From IMG/VR virus record IMGVR_UViG_3300029705_000019: 45,502 bases of DNA; one strand, given 5' to 3'. The position numbers were made by a program, and so were the translations under genes. The notes under the pieces were generated by a model. That model was not told the DNA's origin, ran no database searches, and was given only the letters and a program-made list of their open reading frames with translations. This document shows, piece after piece, positions 25,401-35,456 of this stretch (its first letter is position 1; each line of letters opens with the position of its first letter). Source of the DNA: a virus. Taxonomy: Duplodnaviria; Heunggongvirae; Uroviricota; Caudoviricetes.

Positions 25401-26690
25401 ACGTAAATCAAAGGCAGTCATTTCATCATGACTTTGATTATCAGAAGTTGTCTTCACAACTGTTGTTAGTAGTTGAGTTACATCATTTTTAGTATTAACA
25501 TCGATAACTTTATATGAAGATTGAGGGTCATTTGTTCTGTCACATACAAATCCATTTGATAATAACTCTGCTGAGTACATGAAATTTTCATAATCTTGTC
25601 TACTAACAAGAGTCTTGAATGTTTCTTTTACTTTCTGATAATTCTTATATGCAGTATCAATTGATTCAGGATTAAAACCATTGATTGCTTCTTCAACATT
25701 TGTAATAGAAACATTATCTGATGTTAACAAAACACCATCTTGTACATTAAATGAATTAATGTATCTTTTAACAGTTGTGTCTGCATAGAACTGTTTTAAT
25801 CTTTGTTTACCAATATTACCATCAGAACCATTTGTTAATACATATTTAATTCTGATACCCTTACCAATAATATTTTCAATGTCATCAGGAAATTCAATGT
25901 AACATGAAGAGCCATCAGCTGTTAAACCAAATTTATAACACTTAGTACCAACAGGTTGCAGCATTAAGTTATCAACCTGCTTCCAATCGTTTAGATTAAA
26001 GACTGAAGTTGTTGATGAATCATCTGCAATAAAAATACCGTTTGAAGGAATATTTAGTCCAGAAAGATATAATCTATTATTATAATCAATGTTATTAACT
26101 GTTATAGTTGTCTCACCATTGATTGTAAAGTCAGTAATAATACCTTGAATTGCAGGAACATCTTTGGTTTCTCCATCTGTTCTCAACATTACATCAGCTA
26201 AAGTTGTGTAGATAACTTCATTGTCAATATCTGAAATCATTGTAAACATTGGAATAACATACGTTCTATGATTTGCCTGCAAACTAAGATCAATTTCAAG
26301 GTCGTTTGGGCTAAGTATCGACAAATCAGATTGAGAGATTTCAGGTTCTGACTTCATTGCAAATGATACTGTTGCAGTTGCACTTTTATAATACTGCATA
26401 TAGTATCCACATTGTTCAAATAATTGACGTGCATTTGTATCCTGTGTAACTGACAGAGGAAACAATTCAAGAATGTTCTTATCAATGTTGTAGTTATTTT
26501 TATCAGCCATCAGAGCTGCAAGTTTCAGTAGTACAACACCTGGGTCACTTTCGTCCGACAAGGATGGATCCCACTTGTACGAAATCTTCTTTGCCAGATC
26601 AAGTAACTCAGGATAAATTTGACCGAAGTCCTTGTTTGTATATGATAAGTTCGATAAACAACGCTCGTACTGTGTCATTGTGGTCTCCAT
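22467..26690 (-). CDS. Large baseplate wedge subunit (T4 gp6/baseplate J-like N-terminus) with an extended C-terminus
   Basis: SYTNKDF...ESDPGVVLL...NARQL..QCGY, YVLTNGSDGN, G.NPESID, TLVSRQDY. Confidence 0.75.
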   Translation of the reverse strand: METTMTQYERCLSNLSYTNKDFGQIYPELLDLAKKISYKWDPSLSDESDPGVVLLKLAALMADKNNYNIDKNILELFPLSVTQDTNARQLFEQCGYYMQYYKSATATVSFAMKSEPEISQSDLSILSPNDLEIDLSLQANHRTYVIPMFTMISDIDNEVIYTTLADVMLRTDGETKDVPAIQGIITDFTINGETTITVNNIDYNNRLYLSGLNIPSNGIFIADDSSTTSVFNLNDWKQVDNLMLQPVGTKCYKFGLTADGSSCYIEFPDDIENIIGKGIRIKYVLTNGSDGNIGKQRLKQFYADTTVKRYINSFNVQDGVLLTSDNVSITNVEEAINGFNPESIDTAYKNYQKVKETFKTLVSRQDYENFMYSAELLSNGFVCDRTNDPQSSYKVIDVNTKNDVTQLLTTVVKTTSDNQSHDEMTAFDLRLYGFSYIGIPTNGEQFEKTFTVINPNDESPDWNTVLAGIDDVKFVQHNFIKSNHERIMMIKNKFPINSRIIPLSKLTATEEIDVLKNIVTALCKTLNSRVINFGESADYSLIYDTIMAADSRIRAVTLDEISYETYAVYMDQNDKIQEVQIDRNAIEYEPVPDQTVKPTSGVVYYAFDPTKKCYTAVNLVDGKITDLSEFNTFVQYFTKVVGADLIDKFQNEIFVKNVLAGKTQLLEPDTQFSHSLYQNKVDVVNEITHLTTETRIDAQLVVLDGKTEEGSSSTSKITELKYDTTMLDENENLIFLAPNTIEAAAPFSSYVKYIHNIGQAGKERPAYSNKKDQSVLIQIDDEYTMKDNEYIIFFWKDSNEDDAPYLYHKFDSSSSSLGKIVQPGGFSLKKQPNPDPYRLPKIPDSILMSLPAGKGSTEYITQQVTGEVLSHSTKEENESYSASLTEYIAKLTGDGFSLTGSTNITIRKPNKLIFNTKDNQVRNIYWSLSNPSGNKSVLFRDGETQRILQTGEHLFYANPSKTTFYTLGYGTIIERSNGDGEWAVRPMDNDKFMSDGIDYFNALWFVIPEGISLSVTETTYYQVGHGNTVSLTYVGEMDLGDESVDLNNYKKDELPKDIPPAINFRNFSTVKSTGTFVNDEPYELTNFRITYQNDEGDVTTLPMRSDPETCWRGYSLLNINMSSTKPQDLTSRQKIYYYTDEDKLTDPPKEENVFDGTGGLSLQSNMSLSLVGGERCDVRYRDILTEKLTPVNIYSYETQKLPAGTSPSMFAINWNVARYVESGDNDAYDKQFFINLIEGKYILPITFGVDIHGFEAYYCTSDRADATRIKLDTVNKIKIDEMEKVLAGTYYFDIPSDAKSLIFKAIYSPTEEEVVTPENASTTVTLGQLYKYNITMNGETYNKRLDLLIDLDTENRYNYTYVVPTSLLVADPLSASSFFDKNHVYNKYSIAQWVPDTSDVAVSSNIK

Positions 26691-26693
26691 TCA

Positions 26694-27065
26694 TTAAACA
26701 AGATCAGAACTTGTTAACTTAATAACATATAGATCTGAAGTATTATCAAATCTATACCAATACTCAATATGTGCATATAGATCAGTTCTGTCACTTGTTA
26801 TCTTTATAGATTTACGTGTTAAAAATATTTGTGGTATAAATGTAATCAATGTTGTGTATATTTTATCAATTACTAGATCCACCACTATTGAGTTTGACTG
26901 TTCAAACAGTGATTTTTTCAATGTTGAACCAAAATATGGATCTCCGAACAATGTTTCTTGTTCAGACATAAGAACTAATCTCATATTTGATTTTACAGCT
27001 TCTTTATCAGGTAATAATCGAGCTGTTACGCTACTGAGCATATCTGGAAAATTAAATGAATACAT
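26694..27065 (-). CDS. Baseplate wedge protein gp25/GPW-like
   Basis: GDPYFGSTLKKSLFEQ and FIPQI; typical size. Confidence 0.75.
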   Translation of the reverse strand: MYSFNFPDMLSSVTARLLPDKEAVKSNMRLVLMSEQETLFGDPYFGSTLKKSLFEQSNSIVVDLVIDKIYTTLITFIPQIFLTRKSIKITSDRTDLYAHIEYWYRFDNTSDLYVIKLTSSDLV

Positions 27066-27083
27066 TGATTATTCTCCATTTCT

Positions 27084-27737
27084 TTATCGCTCATATATAA
27101 TGTTGATTGTATTTTCAACATCCTTAACAATTATTGTTAATTCATCATCCGAAGTTATTCTTGTGTATGTATACTCGTTATTCTCAAGTTGTTCAGCCAC
27201 TGTTATTTGCTGATTATAAAACTTAGCCACAATTGTTTCCTCAACTGTATTTTCAACTGCACCCTGATGCATGTATGTATGAGTCACAGTAACAAAATAG
27301 TGTTGAACAGCCTTTTCCAATAGTGCAACTCGTTGAGAAATACTATTCAATTGATCTTGAATATTGTCACTAATACCACTCAAACACTGTATTTCAGTAG
27401 AAGTAACATCACCTATTGTTGTAGCATCAGGTAATGTTGCACGAATTGAAACAGCTAAATCTTTGAACAACATATTACATTGAGTTGAAGTCATCTTTGA
27501 CCTGTAAAGATACCCAAGAATAATTGCTTCATCTTCATTCTTTTCATCAAGTGCAACATAAACAATATCACCAATCTGTATGTTTGGATCACAGCCTGGT
27601 AATGTACAAACAAGCGCAATGTTTAAGTCACTTGTTTTTGTGTGTTGTGAGGATTGGGGCATTCGATCAAGTTTCGGTATTCTGATTCGAATTTGATACG
27701 GATCAACTATTTGTTCAACAATGGCTTTTGTAATCAT
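27084..27737 (-). CDS. Baseplate spike-like protein (gp5/gpV OB-fold N-terminus)
   Basis: IRIRIPKLD...PNIQIGDIVYVAL....AIILGYL. Confidence 0.6.
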   Translation of the reverse strand: MITKAIVEQIVDPYQIRIRIPKLDRMPQSSQHTKTSDLNIALVCTLPGCDPNIQIGDIVYVALDEKNEDEAIILGYLYRSKMTSTQCNMLFKDLAVSIRATLPDATTIGDVTSTEIQCLSGISDNIQDQLNSISQRVALLEKAVQHYFVTVTHTYMHQGAVENTVEETIVAKFYNQQITVAEQLENNEYTYTRITSDDELTIIVKDVENTINIIYER

Positions 27738-28171
27738 TTATCCACATCCTCATAAAAATTTACATACATGCGCTTATGTTCACAGTAATTTTCATATATT
27801 ATATTATACAATGGCAACTTGGTTACTAACTGTTTGTCAACAACATTTAGTTTCTTTCTTGTGGATAAACATATAAGAGCAAGTTCATTTGTGTACTGTA
27901 ATTTACCACTTGTGCATAAACAAAGGTAATAGTGAGCTAAAACATGTTCTCTGTAAATCAAGTTAACAAGATTACTTAATGAATTGTCAATAGGTAAATT
28001 ATTTAATTTGAACCATGATTTTGGGATAATGTGATGAGCATTTGTTAAACCGTGTCGCACATTTGTTTTCGTATTTCTATCAACAAGCAAACAATACTTA
28101 TCTAGATATTCATTATCAATAAAACTGTCACATGATAATAATGTTTGTTTTGTATTAATCATCTCCAGCAA
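27734..28171 (-). CDS. Short HNH endonuclease-like protein
   Basis: HHIIPKSW...NLVNLIYREHVLAHYYL. Confidence 0.7.
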   Translation of the reverse strand: MLEMINTKQTLLSCDSFIDNEYLDKYCLLVDRNTKTNVRHGLTNAHHIIPKSWFKLNNLPIDNSLSNLVNLIYREHVLAHYYLCLCTSGKLQYTNELALICLSTRKKLNVVDKQLVTKLPLYNIIYENYCEHKRMYVNFYEDVDK

Positions 28172-29396
28172 CTCTTAACAATGTTAATGTTGTTTTATAA
28201 CCACTACTGTTAATTACATCTTCATGTTTTGTAATGATATAAAATCCACTTGATACATGCTTGTGTCCATAAAAGTAAGCATTTACTTTAACATATGACA
28301 TCAATATTGTCGGTCTCATTAAACCTTTTAGTTCCAATTTTGCTGTGATCGGAAACTGAGTCATCTTTGTCCACCAAGTTTTGTCTGATGCTGTGGTCTT
28401 AAGATATCTTGATGAAGATGTTACTGATGAAGATGCTGATGTAATCATTTCACCATGTCTATCAATTGAATAAGAGTATTCAGGCAGTTTCATATCACTT
28501 GATGATTTATAAAGTATAGACCATGTGTCATCATTAACAATAGAAAAATTTGTAACATTACTTGGACTTGGAAAACCAACATCAACTTCATATGTACTGT
28601 ATGTGGAGTCACTTGATGTACCAGCTGTCACTTTTTGAACTTTGAAATATGATCCACCATATTCATTAGTTGTGTCATCATAAACAGCTAACATATAGTT
28701 TGAATCTTTAATTGATGAATTTGTATTTGTTACACTTTCCATACATGTTACAAGATAATTCAAATAATCCAGTGGACTGATTGATTGCTTAGCTTCAATC
28801 TCAACAACTTTATCATCACCAGCAATCAATGAATTAGCTGCATTTTTTGTCTTGTTTGTCATTCCAGTAAATACTGATTGTAAACCTGTTGTAACATCAT
28901 TTAGAAGTTCTTTTAAAACATCACTAGGTTTTGCTTTTCTTTTATTGAAAGATTTTGTACCTGCAAGCAATGATAAACATGTACTAACACAACTAACTGT
29001 ATATACTATTTTAGATTCAGAGAAGTTTGTATTGCTTCTAACCTTTGTAATCAATGCTTCTTCTTCTTTATAAATATATGAAGGCATTTCCCAGTCACCG
29101 TAAGAAATCTTCAAACGGCGAGTATCAGAAACTGAACTAAATACATTTTCAATTAAATTTGGATCATCAACTTCAGTGATACCATATTCAAGAACAATTG
29201 AATATTGATTAACTGTTCCGTTTACTTTTGTTATATTCAGTGATTGAACAAGCTCTGGGAATGTCACCTTTGAAGACAATCGTTGCTTAGAGGACATGTC
29301 ACTTGCATAACCGAATGTGTAATTGCCGATTGTAACAATAATAAATGGTGATTCAATTAAGTTTTCACCCGAAACTAAAGAACTAAGTTCAGCCAT
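28155..29396 (-). CDS. Baseplate hub protein (gp27/gpD-like)
   Basis: Position after the LysM gene; ends with the KGLMRP...YVKVN...SGFYIITKHED.I..SGYKTTLTL hub-type motif. Confidence 0.6.
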   Translation of the reverse strand: MAELSSLVSGENLIESPFIIVTIGNYTFGYASDMSSKQRLSSKVTFPELVQSLNITKVNGTVNQYSIVLEYGITEVDDPNLIENVFSSVSDTRRLKISYGDWEMPSYIYKEEEALITKVRSNTNFSESKIVYTVSCVSTCLSLLAGTKSFNKRKAKPSDVLKELLNDVTTGLQSVFTGMTNKTKNAANSLIAGDDKVVEIEAKQSISPLDYLNYLVTCMESVTNTNSSIKDSNYMLAVYDDTTNEYGGSYFKVQKVTAGTSSDSTYSTYEVDVGFPSPSNVTNFSIVNDDTWSILYKSSSDMKLPEYSYSIDRHGEMITSASSSVTSSSRYLKTTASDKTWWTKMTQFPITAKLELKGLMRPTILMSYVKVNAYFYGHKHVSSGFYIITKHEDVINSSGYKTTLTLLRVAGDD

Positions 29397-29408
29397 AATT
29401 TATCTCCA

Positions 29409-29726
29409 TTAGATATCAAATTCAAGAGTTGAAATTGAAGGTATCTTTATTAATTGCCCTTCTTTTAATTCAGAAAATGGATCTTGGATATGATTAAATG
29501 AACAGATAACCCAGTATAACGTTGGATTATTGTAAAACTCAAGGGCAAGAGTGTCGAATGTGTCGCCCTTACTTACTTTATATGTTGTGTATGTTGTTGT
29601 ATCTTTAAGATATGCTGTAGTTCCATAAATATATTTATCGTCTAACTTGTGATAATAATACGGAAAGGGGCTATATCTTGATAACTTTGTATAAGATTTG
29701 TAAACTTTATCAGTTAATACATCCAT
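29409..29726 (-). CDS. LysM/gpX-like baseplate protein
   Basis: YKVSKGDTFDTLALEFYNNPTLYWVICSFNHIQDPF..LKEGQLIKIP. Confidence 0.8.
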   Translation of the reverse strand: MDVLTDKVYKSYTKLSRYSPFPYYYHKLDDKYIYGTTAYLKDTTTYTTYKVSKGDTFDTLALEFYNNPTLYWVICSFNHIQDPFSELKEGQLIKIPSISTLEFDI

Positions 29727-29739
29727 TTAAGTTCACCTC

Positions 29740-30447
29740 TTATATTGATGATGTGGTTGCAACTTGACTTCGACTGCCCGTCCAACCACCTGCTCTAACG
29801 CCACCGCTATTGGGTCCGCTGCCTGATGACTTCCAAACTCTTCTTTCAAGATCAGTACTTAAACCACGATAACTACCTAAAGTCATAACAGAATCGGCAT
29901 CATATGGTTCAATCTCATTTATCGGAAAGTTGATATCAACAAGTGCATACTTGTCATTTCTCAGAATTGGTCCACTAAATGTTGTTGTAATTGCACCAGC
30001 AACAACACCTTTACAAAAAATATCAGTACCAAATCTAACAGCGATGATAGGTGGATTAACCATTTTTTCGGCAGCTGCGTAACGAGGTAATGTTACAGCT
30101 TGCAACTGTTTAATCAATATATCAACATAATCTTCAGAATCAAGGTTCGGTACATTTAGTGATGAAGCGGATGTATTAATCTGATTCATCAACTCTCTAT
30201 GTAAATGTAGATCAACAGTAAAAGATCTTGGGCCAGAAGCGGAATATGAATAAATCGGTGCAGATCTTGCTAACGGAGTTGTTGGTGTAAATGTTGCACT
30301 CATTGAGTCTGAAATAGATTCAGGATAAGTTGGAATTGCAATTAATGTATCTGTGTGATACAAATACACATAATTGTCAATCATTGAAAAAATTTTTGTT
30401 GATGAACCATTATATTGATAATCTTTATTTACTGGTGTATTTGACAT
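29740..30447 (-). CDS. Tail tube initiator-like protein
   Basis: PTYPESISDS, LARSAP, LPRY...NPPI, GVV..ITTTFSGP; located between the tape measure and LysM genes. Confidence 0.5.
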   Translation of the reverse strand: MSNTPVNKDYQYNGSSTKIFSMIDNYVYLYHTDTLIAIPTYPESISDSMSATFTPTTPLARSAPIYSYSASGPRSFTVDLHLHRELMNQINTSASSLNVPNLDSEDYVDILIKQLQAVTLPRYAAAEKMVNPPIIAVRFGTDIFCKGVVAGAITTTFSGPILRNDKYALVDINFPINEIEPYDADSVMTLGSYRGLSTDLERRVWKSSGSGPNSGGVRAGGWTGSRSQVATTSSI

Positions 30448-31775
30448 TATCTATTTACCACCCTTCTTGATTTCAAATATTCAAAGATTCTTTCAACATC
30501 TTTATTGCCATAACCATCTTGGTCTTCCATGAAAAATTCATGTGAAGCTGAATTCAACAACCTTAATGTGGCACGTTGAATTTCATCATCCCATACACCT
30601 TTACTAATTTGATTGTGGCTTCGGAATGATGCATAACCAAGATCAAGAGCACCAATAGTTTCTTGCATTCTTGCGATATTGCCTGTTAATCTATCACGCG
30701 GAGAAACAACATTCCATAAAAGATATTCAATTAATCTGTCACTAAATGCATATGATTCTTTTGTATTTGATCTTAGTAAACTTAATGCGGATAATGCGGA
30801 TTTATAATCAACTACACAATTAACATCTGTTGCAATTTTATTTCTAACTGCATAGTTACCTTCGAGAACAACAATTGAAGATGTTAAATTTTTTGGAACT
30901 TGCATAACTAAATACAAATTTGACTGTTGCTGATATAATTCTTTATCAATTGTTAAATCATCTTTATGGTCGCCGATTTGCACACTAAATAAAAATGGTT
31001 TATCAAATCTGGCAAATGATTTTTCTTGAAATGTACCTTCAAGATAATCAGAGTAGTATGAAGATTTACCACTACGTTTTACCATACCTGACTTGCCGTA
31101 AATTAAACATCTCATCTGAAATGGTGTATCACAATCAAGCGCGATAGTATATATCTTGTCAAATTTAATTGGAATAGCGTAAACAGTGTGTGTTGGTAAA
31201 TTTCCAAATATATATGTATAGTCAAAGTCTTTTGTATCATCTTGTGGATACAAAGTATGTTCTGGAAACAGTAAATTGCTGGGATACAGAACATCTTTTG
31301 ACACCTGATAAAGATGCACATCATCTAGCTCTTTTGCAGAGAAACAATTGTAATAAGGCATCAGATCAATTGAAGTTCTATTCTTAATATATCTAAGATA
31401 GTTACCAAGCTGTTTATGAGTTTCACTATCATACCAATGAACATTTGAGTTGTATGTATATAGATTATTCCTGTCCGCAATCGACTCATCGTAGTGATCA
31501 ATGACTTTAAACTGGGCAGGTTCTTCACCTGTGCCAGGATACAATACAGCTGAAGGATATAATGTGTCAGAGGGGAATAGTTCATCTACATTATCATCTA
31601 TGTATAATTTACCTGTTTTATAACATTTAATAATAAAGTGGTCAAAGATATAAATGCAATCTTTGATTATGATATCACCCTTCTGGACACAATCCAGAAG
31701 GGGTTGAACTTCTTTTGATAAAAGACATTTTATAAAACGACCTACTAATGTGTCAGTATTGAATTTTTGAAACAC
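30447..31775 (-). CDS. Hypothetical virion protein
   Basis: Long ORF in the tail operon; repeated LFP/LYP motifs. Confidence 0.5.
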   Translation of the reverse strand: MFQKFNTDTLVGRFIKCLLSKEVQPLLDCVQKGDIIIKDCIYIFDHFIIKCYKTGKLYIDDNVDELFPSDTLYPSAVLYPGTGEEPAQFKVIDHYDESIADRNNLYTYNSNVHWYDSETHKQLGNYLRYIKNRTSIDLMPYYNCFSAKELDDVHLYQVSKDVLYPSNLLFPEHTLYPQDDTKDFDYTYIFGNLPTHTVYAIPIKFDKIYTIALDCDTPFQMRCLIYGKSGMVKRSGKSSYYSDYLEGTFQEKSFARFDKPFLFSVQIGDHKDDLTIDKELYQQQSNLYLVMQVPKNLTSSIVVLEGNYAVRNKIATDVNCVVDYKSALSALSLLRSNTKESYAFSDRLIEYLLWNVVSPRDRLTGNIARMQETIGALDLGYASFRSHNQISKGVWDDEIQRATLRLLNSASHEFFMEDQDGYGNKDVERIFEYLKSRRVVNR

Positions 31776-31793
31776 TTAAGTTATCCTCCAAAT

Positions 31794-34700
31794 TCAATAT
31801 GTAAATGAAATTTTCTGCAATGTTGTGTCGAAGTTATCATTTGTAACTCTAACTGGCACATCCTGTAAAGAATCAATCATCTTTTTAAGTTCTTCAACAA
31901 GAGAACCTGAACCTTCTGCCCCAAGCAACGCTGAAGTCATCATTGATTTCATTGCAGCTGCAAGATATGAGCTGACTTCCGGTGACATCTGATCTAAGCT
32001 AACTTTTATTTGCTCAGTCTTTTCACTTGTAGTTGAACTACTCATTGCATATTCACGTGCTAGTTCTGTTGCAGTCATCAATGAAGAAATTGTTTCTAAA
32101 TCATGTTCACTAACAAGATTCTCAAGTCTACTAATTGTTTCTTGAGTTTCCTTTTCTTTCTCTTCAACATCCAACCACTTTTGTTTATCCGCTTGATAGA
32201 AGAACATATTCTTCCATTTTTCATAGTAGGATGGTGTAGCTGGTAATGTACTGTAGATTGGCCCATCACGTGAAGGTGTTACTGAGATTGTTTCAATCTT
32301 AAATACTCGATCTTGCGCAAGTGCAGTCTCGAGGAAATCAGACATTGTTGACACCTCTTCCTTCAACAGCTCAATAGATGGATCTACCGTTACGTTGTCA
32401 ACTAGTGAACCATCAACAGGTGTTCTGTTTGAAGAATTAGTTGGACCTGAAGAAGTCTGAGAGCCAACAGGGGTCGGATTCGTTGTTTGAGATCCACTAC
32501 TTGAAGGTGTTGATGCGGTGCCAGGAGAAGGTATTGATGTGATGCCTGGAGAAGGTGAACTTGAACTGCTGCTTCCACCACTTCCTCCACCTCCACCACT
32601 TGTAATGAATACACGTCCAAAATCAAGATATTTATCAAGTCGTTCATTCATTGCTATTACTTCCGTAACAACATCTGTGTCTTCAGTTACAAGAGCATCG
32701 TACGTGCCTGTTTCGTGGCCTTTGACATGCTGATTAACAATATCTTCATTCTCATTCGCAGTATCAGCAGCGTCTGAGAGTGTTTGATCCTCCACATCAT
32801 TGAAGTTTGAATTACGAACACCGGCCACCATATCAGATATTGATGTTCTCTTCGATGTTTTTCCTGATGCAGATATTTGTTCTGATAAGAATGGAGTGTA
32901 ATTCCATCCTCCGCCACCGTTAGGATTAACATTAAAGTTAAATCCCATACCATTGCCACTAAATGCAGCTCCAAGTAACGCTCCTGCTAATGGAATACCA
33001 TTGGCAAGGTTATACATTATGTCACCGAGATTTGCATGTAAATCCAGGCCGAAACCGCCTGCGAGAACTTGCGGAATTTCAGACATCATATTTGAAGATG
33101 CAATCATATTTGCAAGTTTCCACGCAATATAACCACCCGCAGTTGAACCAACGTTCTGAGCTGTTCCAGCTACAACATTATCCATTATTGTGTTAACATA
33201 CTGAGTGATATGAACACGATCGGATAATTGTCCAAACTGTTTGTTGAGTTCAGACATTGCATCATTGTAAGAACTTGTTAAGTCACTAAGTGCAGCTGTA
33301 TTTGCAGCTAAAGTTTTCGCAGCCGTTAAGTCGGCAATTGAGAATCCAAAAGTATCTGCAAATGCTGACTTGGTAACCATATTACCTGTTTCAGCCTCCG
33401 CAATTTCTTGAAGATACTCAACAACACTCTTTAGCAATGTGTTTGTTGTATCAGGATCAAGCCCATTAGTTAAAATGTCACCAAGATCTTCGCCAACACG
33501 TGACGCGCTCATTGCAATTAGATTCATCATTTGAGTATTATTACTCAAATTCTCTACGTCACCTGTTGCAAGATAATTAAAAGCTGTTGCAATTGAACTT
33601 ACTGTATTCTGATCCATACCAACAGAATACAGTGCACCTAACCATTTCTGTACAATATATTCAAACTCAATTGACATATCACGAGTCATTTGAGAATTTG
33701 CGTCAATCAATGCAGCTGAAACTGTTTGAGCCATATCAGTTAAATAACTTGTATCAGTAAAATACTTGTTAAATAACTGTGTTAATGATGCTTCCATACC
33801 AAGTCGTGCTGCTGTTGTATCAGCCTGTTGTAGTCGAATTAAGCGAAGAAGATTTGAATCAAACGCATCAAATGTTGAAGCTATACTTTCACTAACTTCA
33901 CCAAGAAATGCTCGAAGCTCAAGATTATATGCTACACCTTTATCAGACAACTCAACAAGTTTCTCAACCACATTAGCTTGTTTAACATATGGACTAATTC
34001 CAACATTATCAGCTATTGTATCAAGTACATCTGAATAATCTTGACCAGTTCCCTGCAAGCGCGCATTTACTTTAGCTTGATATTGATAAAAACTCTTTAT
34101 TTTCTCTTCAATAAGATCAGGATTAGCAAAAGTGCTAATGAATGTTTTTAAGGTGTTGTTAATGTTGTTTCCGACAGACTCACCGATTTTCCAACCTATT
34201 TTATCAAGAAGTTGAGAACCTTGCCTTTTAGTAAACATTCCAAGGGCTTCGCCAGGAGTAGTGTCTGCATAAACTCCCTTCTTCTGAATATCCTCAACAC
34301 TAGCACGTGTTTCATTGATATCCATAAGTTGTTTTTGTAATGCGTCTAATTCAGCAGTGTCTGTTGTAACTGAGATTTTAGCTTCTAAATTTCTTGCATT
34401 ATTTTCAAGCTCTGTTAAGTTGTTTTGTAGCTGTTCTGTTGCTTCTTGAGTAAATTCTGGATATGCACGTGCTTCAGCCATCAATAATCTTGAATTTTGT
34501 AGAAGCATTGCATTTCCGCGCTGTTCTGCAGCATGACGTTTAGCAGCTAATGATGCTATAATAGATTCTTCATCACGTTTCAGTTCGAGATATTCATCAG
34601 CGCTAATCTGATTACTATTTCTTTGCTCTTCAATTAAGGCAAGTTTTACATTATGTGATTCAATTTCAGAACTAAGTTGTTCCTTTATTGCCTTCTCCTC

Positions 34701-35207
34701 AAGAGCACGTTGCGCAAAGTACTTCCTTTGAGCCGTTATTGTTCCTGATTTAGCAACTTCGGCATCTCTGCGAGCTGTTATTGAAAGTAATCTTTCCTCA
34801 GCTTCCGTATGTTGTTTAACTCGCTTTTCCTGAACTGTTTTCTCAAGTTCTTGCTGCTTTTTTGCAATTTTTTCGGCAACTTCTTCTTCGTTAGCAGCAA
34901 TTTCTTGAGAAGCTTTTATTTTTATATTCGCAATCTTTTTTTGAGCTTTACGAAGTTCATTACCTTCGAGTTTTTGAGTTTTGATTCTATCATTTATAGC
35001 ATCAATCTCACTTTTACTTTGAAGATTGATCAGCTCAATTGCACGTCGATGAGTAGCAATATCTTCGGAACGTTTGTATTCATTAAGTTCTTTTGTGTTT
35101 TTTTCTTGAATTTTTCGTATCTCGTCCTCAACTTGAGCTGCAATTTGTTTTCGTATTGATGCTGTATGTTGAGCTACATTAATTTCATCAAATGAGCCTT
35201 GTGGCAT
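31794..35207 (-). CDS. Tape measure-like protein
   Basis: 1137 aa with a long coiled-coil N-terminus and an Ala/Gly-rich helical middle; follows the tail chaperones. Confidence 0.65.
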   Translation of the reverse strand: MPQGSFDEINVAQHTASIRKQIAAQVEDEIRKIQEKNTKELNEYKRSEDIATHRRAIELINLQSKSEIDAINDRIKTQKLEGNELRKAQKKIANIKIKASQEIAANEEEVAEKIAKKQQELEKTVQEKRVKQHTEAEERLLSITARRDAEVAKSGTITAQRKYFAQRALEEKAIKEQLSSEIESHNVKLALIEEQRNSNQISADEYLELKRDEESIIASLAAKRHAAEQRGNAMLLQNSRLLMAEARAYPEFTQEATEQLQNNLTELENNARNLEAKISVTTDTAELDALQKQLMDINETRASVEDIQKKGVYADTTPGEALGMFTKRQGSQLLDKIGWKIGESVGNNINNTLKTFISTFANPDLIEEKIKSFYQYQAKVNARLQGTGQDYSDVLDTIADNVGISPYVKQANVVEKLVELSDKGVAYNLELRAFLGEVSESIASTFDAFDSNLLRLIRLQQADTTAARLGMEASLTQLFNKYFTDTSYLTDMAQTVSAALIDANSQMTRDMSIEFEYIVQKWLGALYSVGMDQNTVSSIATAFNYLATGDVENLSNNTQMMNLIAMSASRVGEDLGDILTNGLDPDTTNTLLKSVVEYLQEIAEAETGNMVTKSAFADTFGFSIADLTAAKTLAANTAALSDLTSSYNDAMSELNKQFGQLSDRVHITQYVNTIMDNVVAGTAQNVGSTAGGYIAWKLANMIASSNMMSEIPQVLAGGFGLDLHANLGDIMYNLANGIPLAGALLGAAFSGNGMGFNFNVNPNGGGGWNYTPFLSEQISASGKTSKRTSISDMVAGVRNSNFNDVEDQTLSDAADTANENEDIVNQHVKGHETGTYDALVTEDTDVVTEVIAMNERLDKYLDFGRVFITSGGGGGSGGSSSSSSPSPGITSIPSPGTASTPSSSGSQTTNPTPVGSQTSSGPTNSSNRTPVDGSLVDNVTVDPSIELLKEEVSTMSDFLETALAQDRVFKIETISVTPSRDGPIYSTLPATPSYYEKWKNMFFYQADKQKWLDVEEKEKETQETISRLENLVSEHDLETISSLMTATELAREYAMSSSTTSEKTEQIKVSLDQMSPEVSSYLAAAMKSMMTSALLGAEGSGSLVEELKKMIDSLQDVPVRVTNDNFDTTLQKISFTY

Positions 35208-35225
35208 TTGAGGTTCTCCTCTCCA

Positions 35226-35456
35226 TCATCGACGTTTCGCTTCCTGCTCTGCTCTCATCTTCTCATACATCTGTTTTTGTCGTTCAAGATCATCGATGAT
35301 AAATTCAAGTAAATAATTACGTTCAGTTGGCGATACATTTGCACAATCTTCATACGAAGTATGAATATGTTTAGAAATTAAGTATCGCTCTTTTGCAATC
35401 TCTTTATATCTTTGTGGTCCGTATGGTTTTCCATCCTCAGTCGATTGAGGGTCCAT
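35226..35456 (-). CDS. Tail assembly chaperone, second ORF (possible frameshift extension)
   Basis: Overlaps the upstream chaperone in the +1 frame with no evident SD; directly precedes the tape measure gene. Confidence 0.55.
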   Translation of the reverse strand: MDPQSTEDGKPYGPQRYKEIAKERYLISKHIHTSYEDCANVSPTERNYLLEFIIDDLERQKQMYEKMRAEQEAKRR

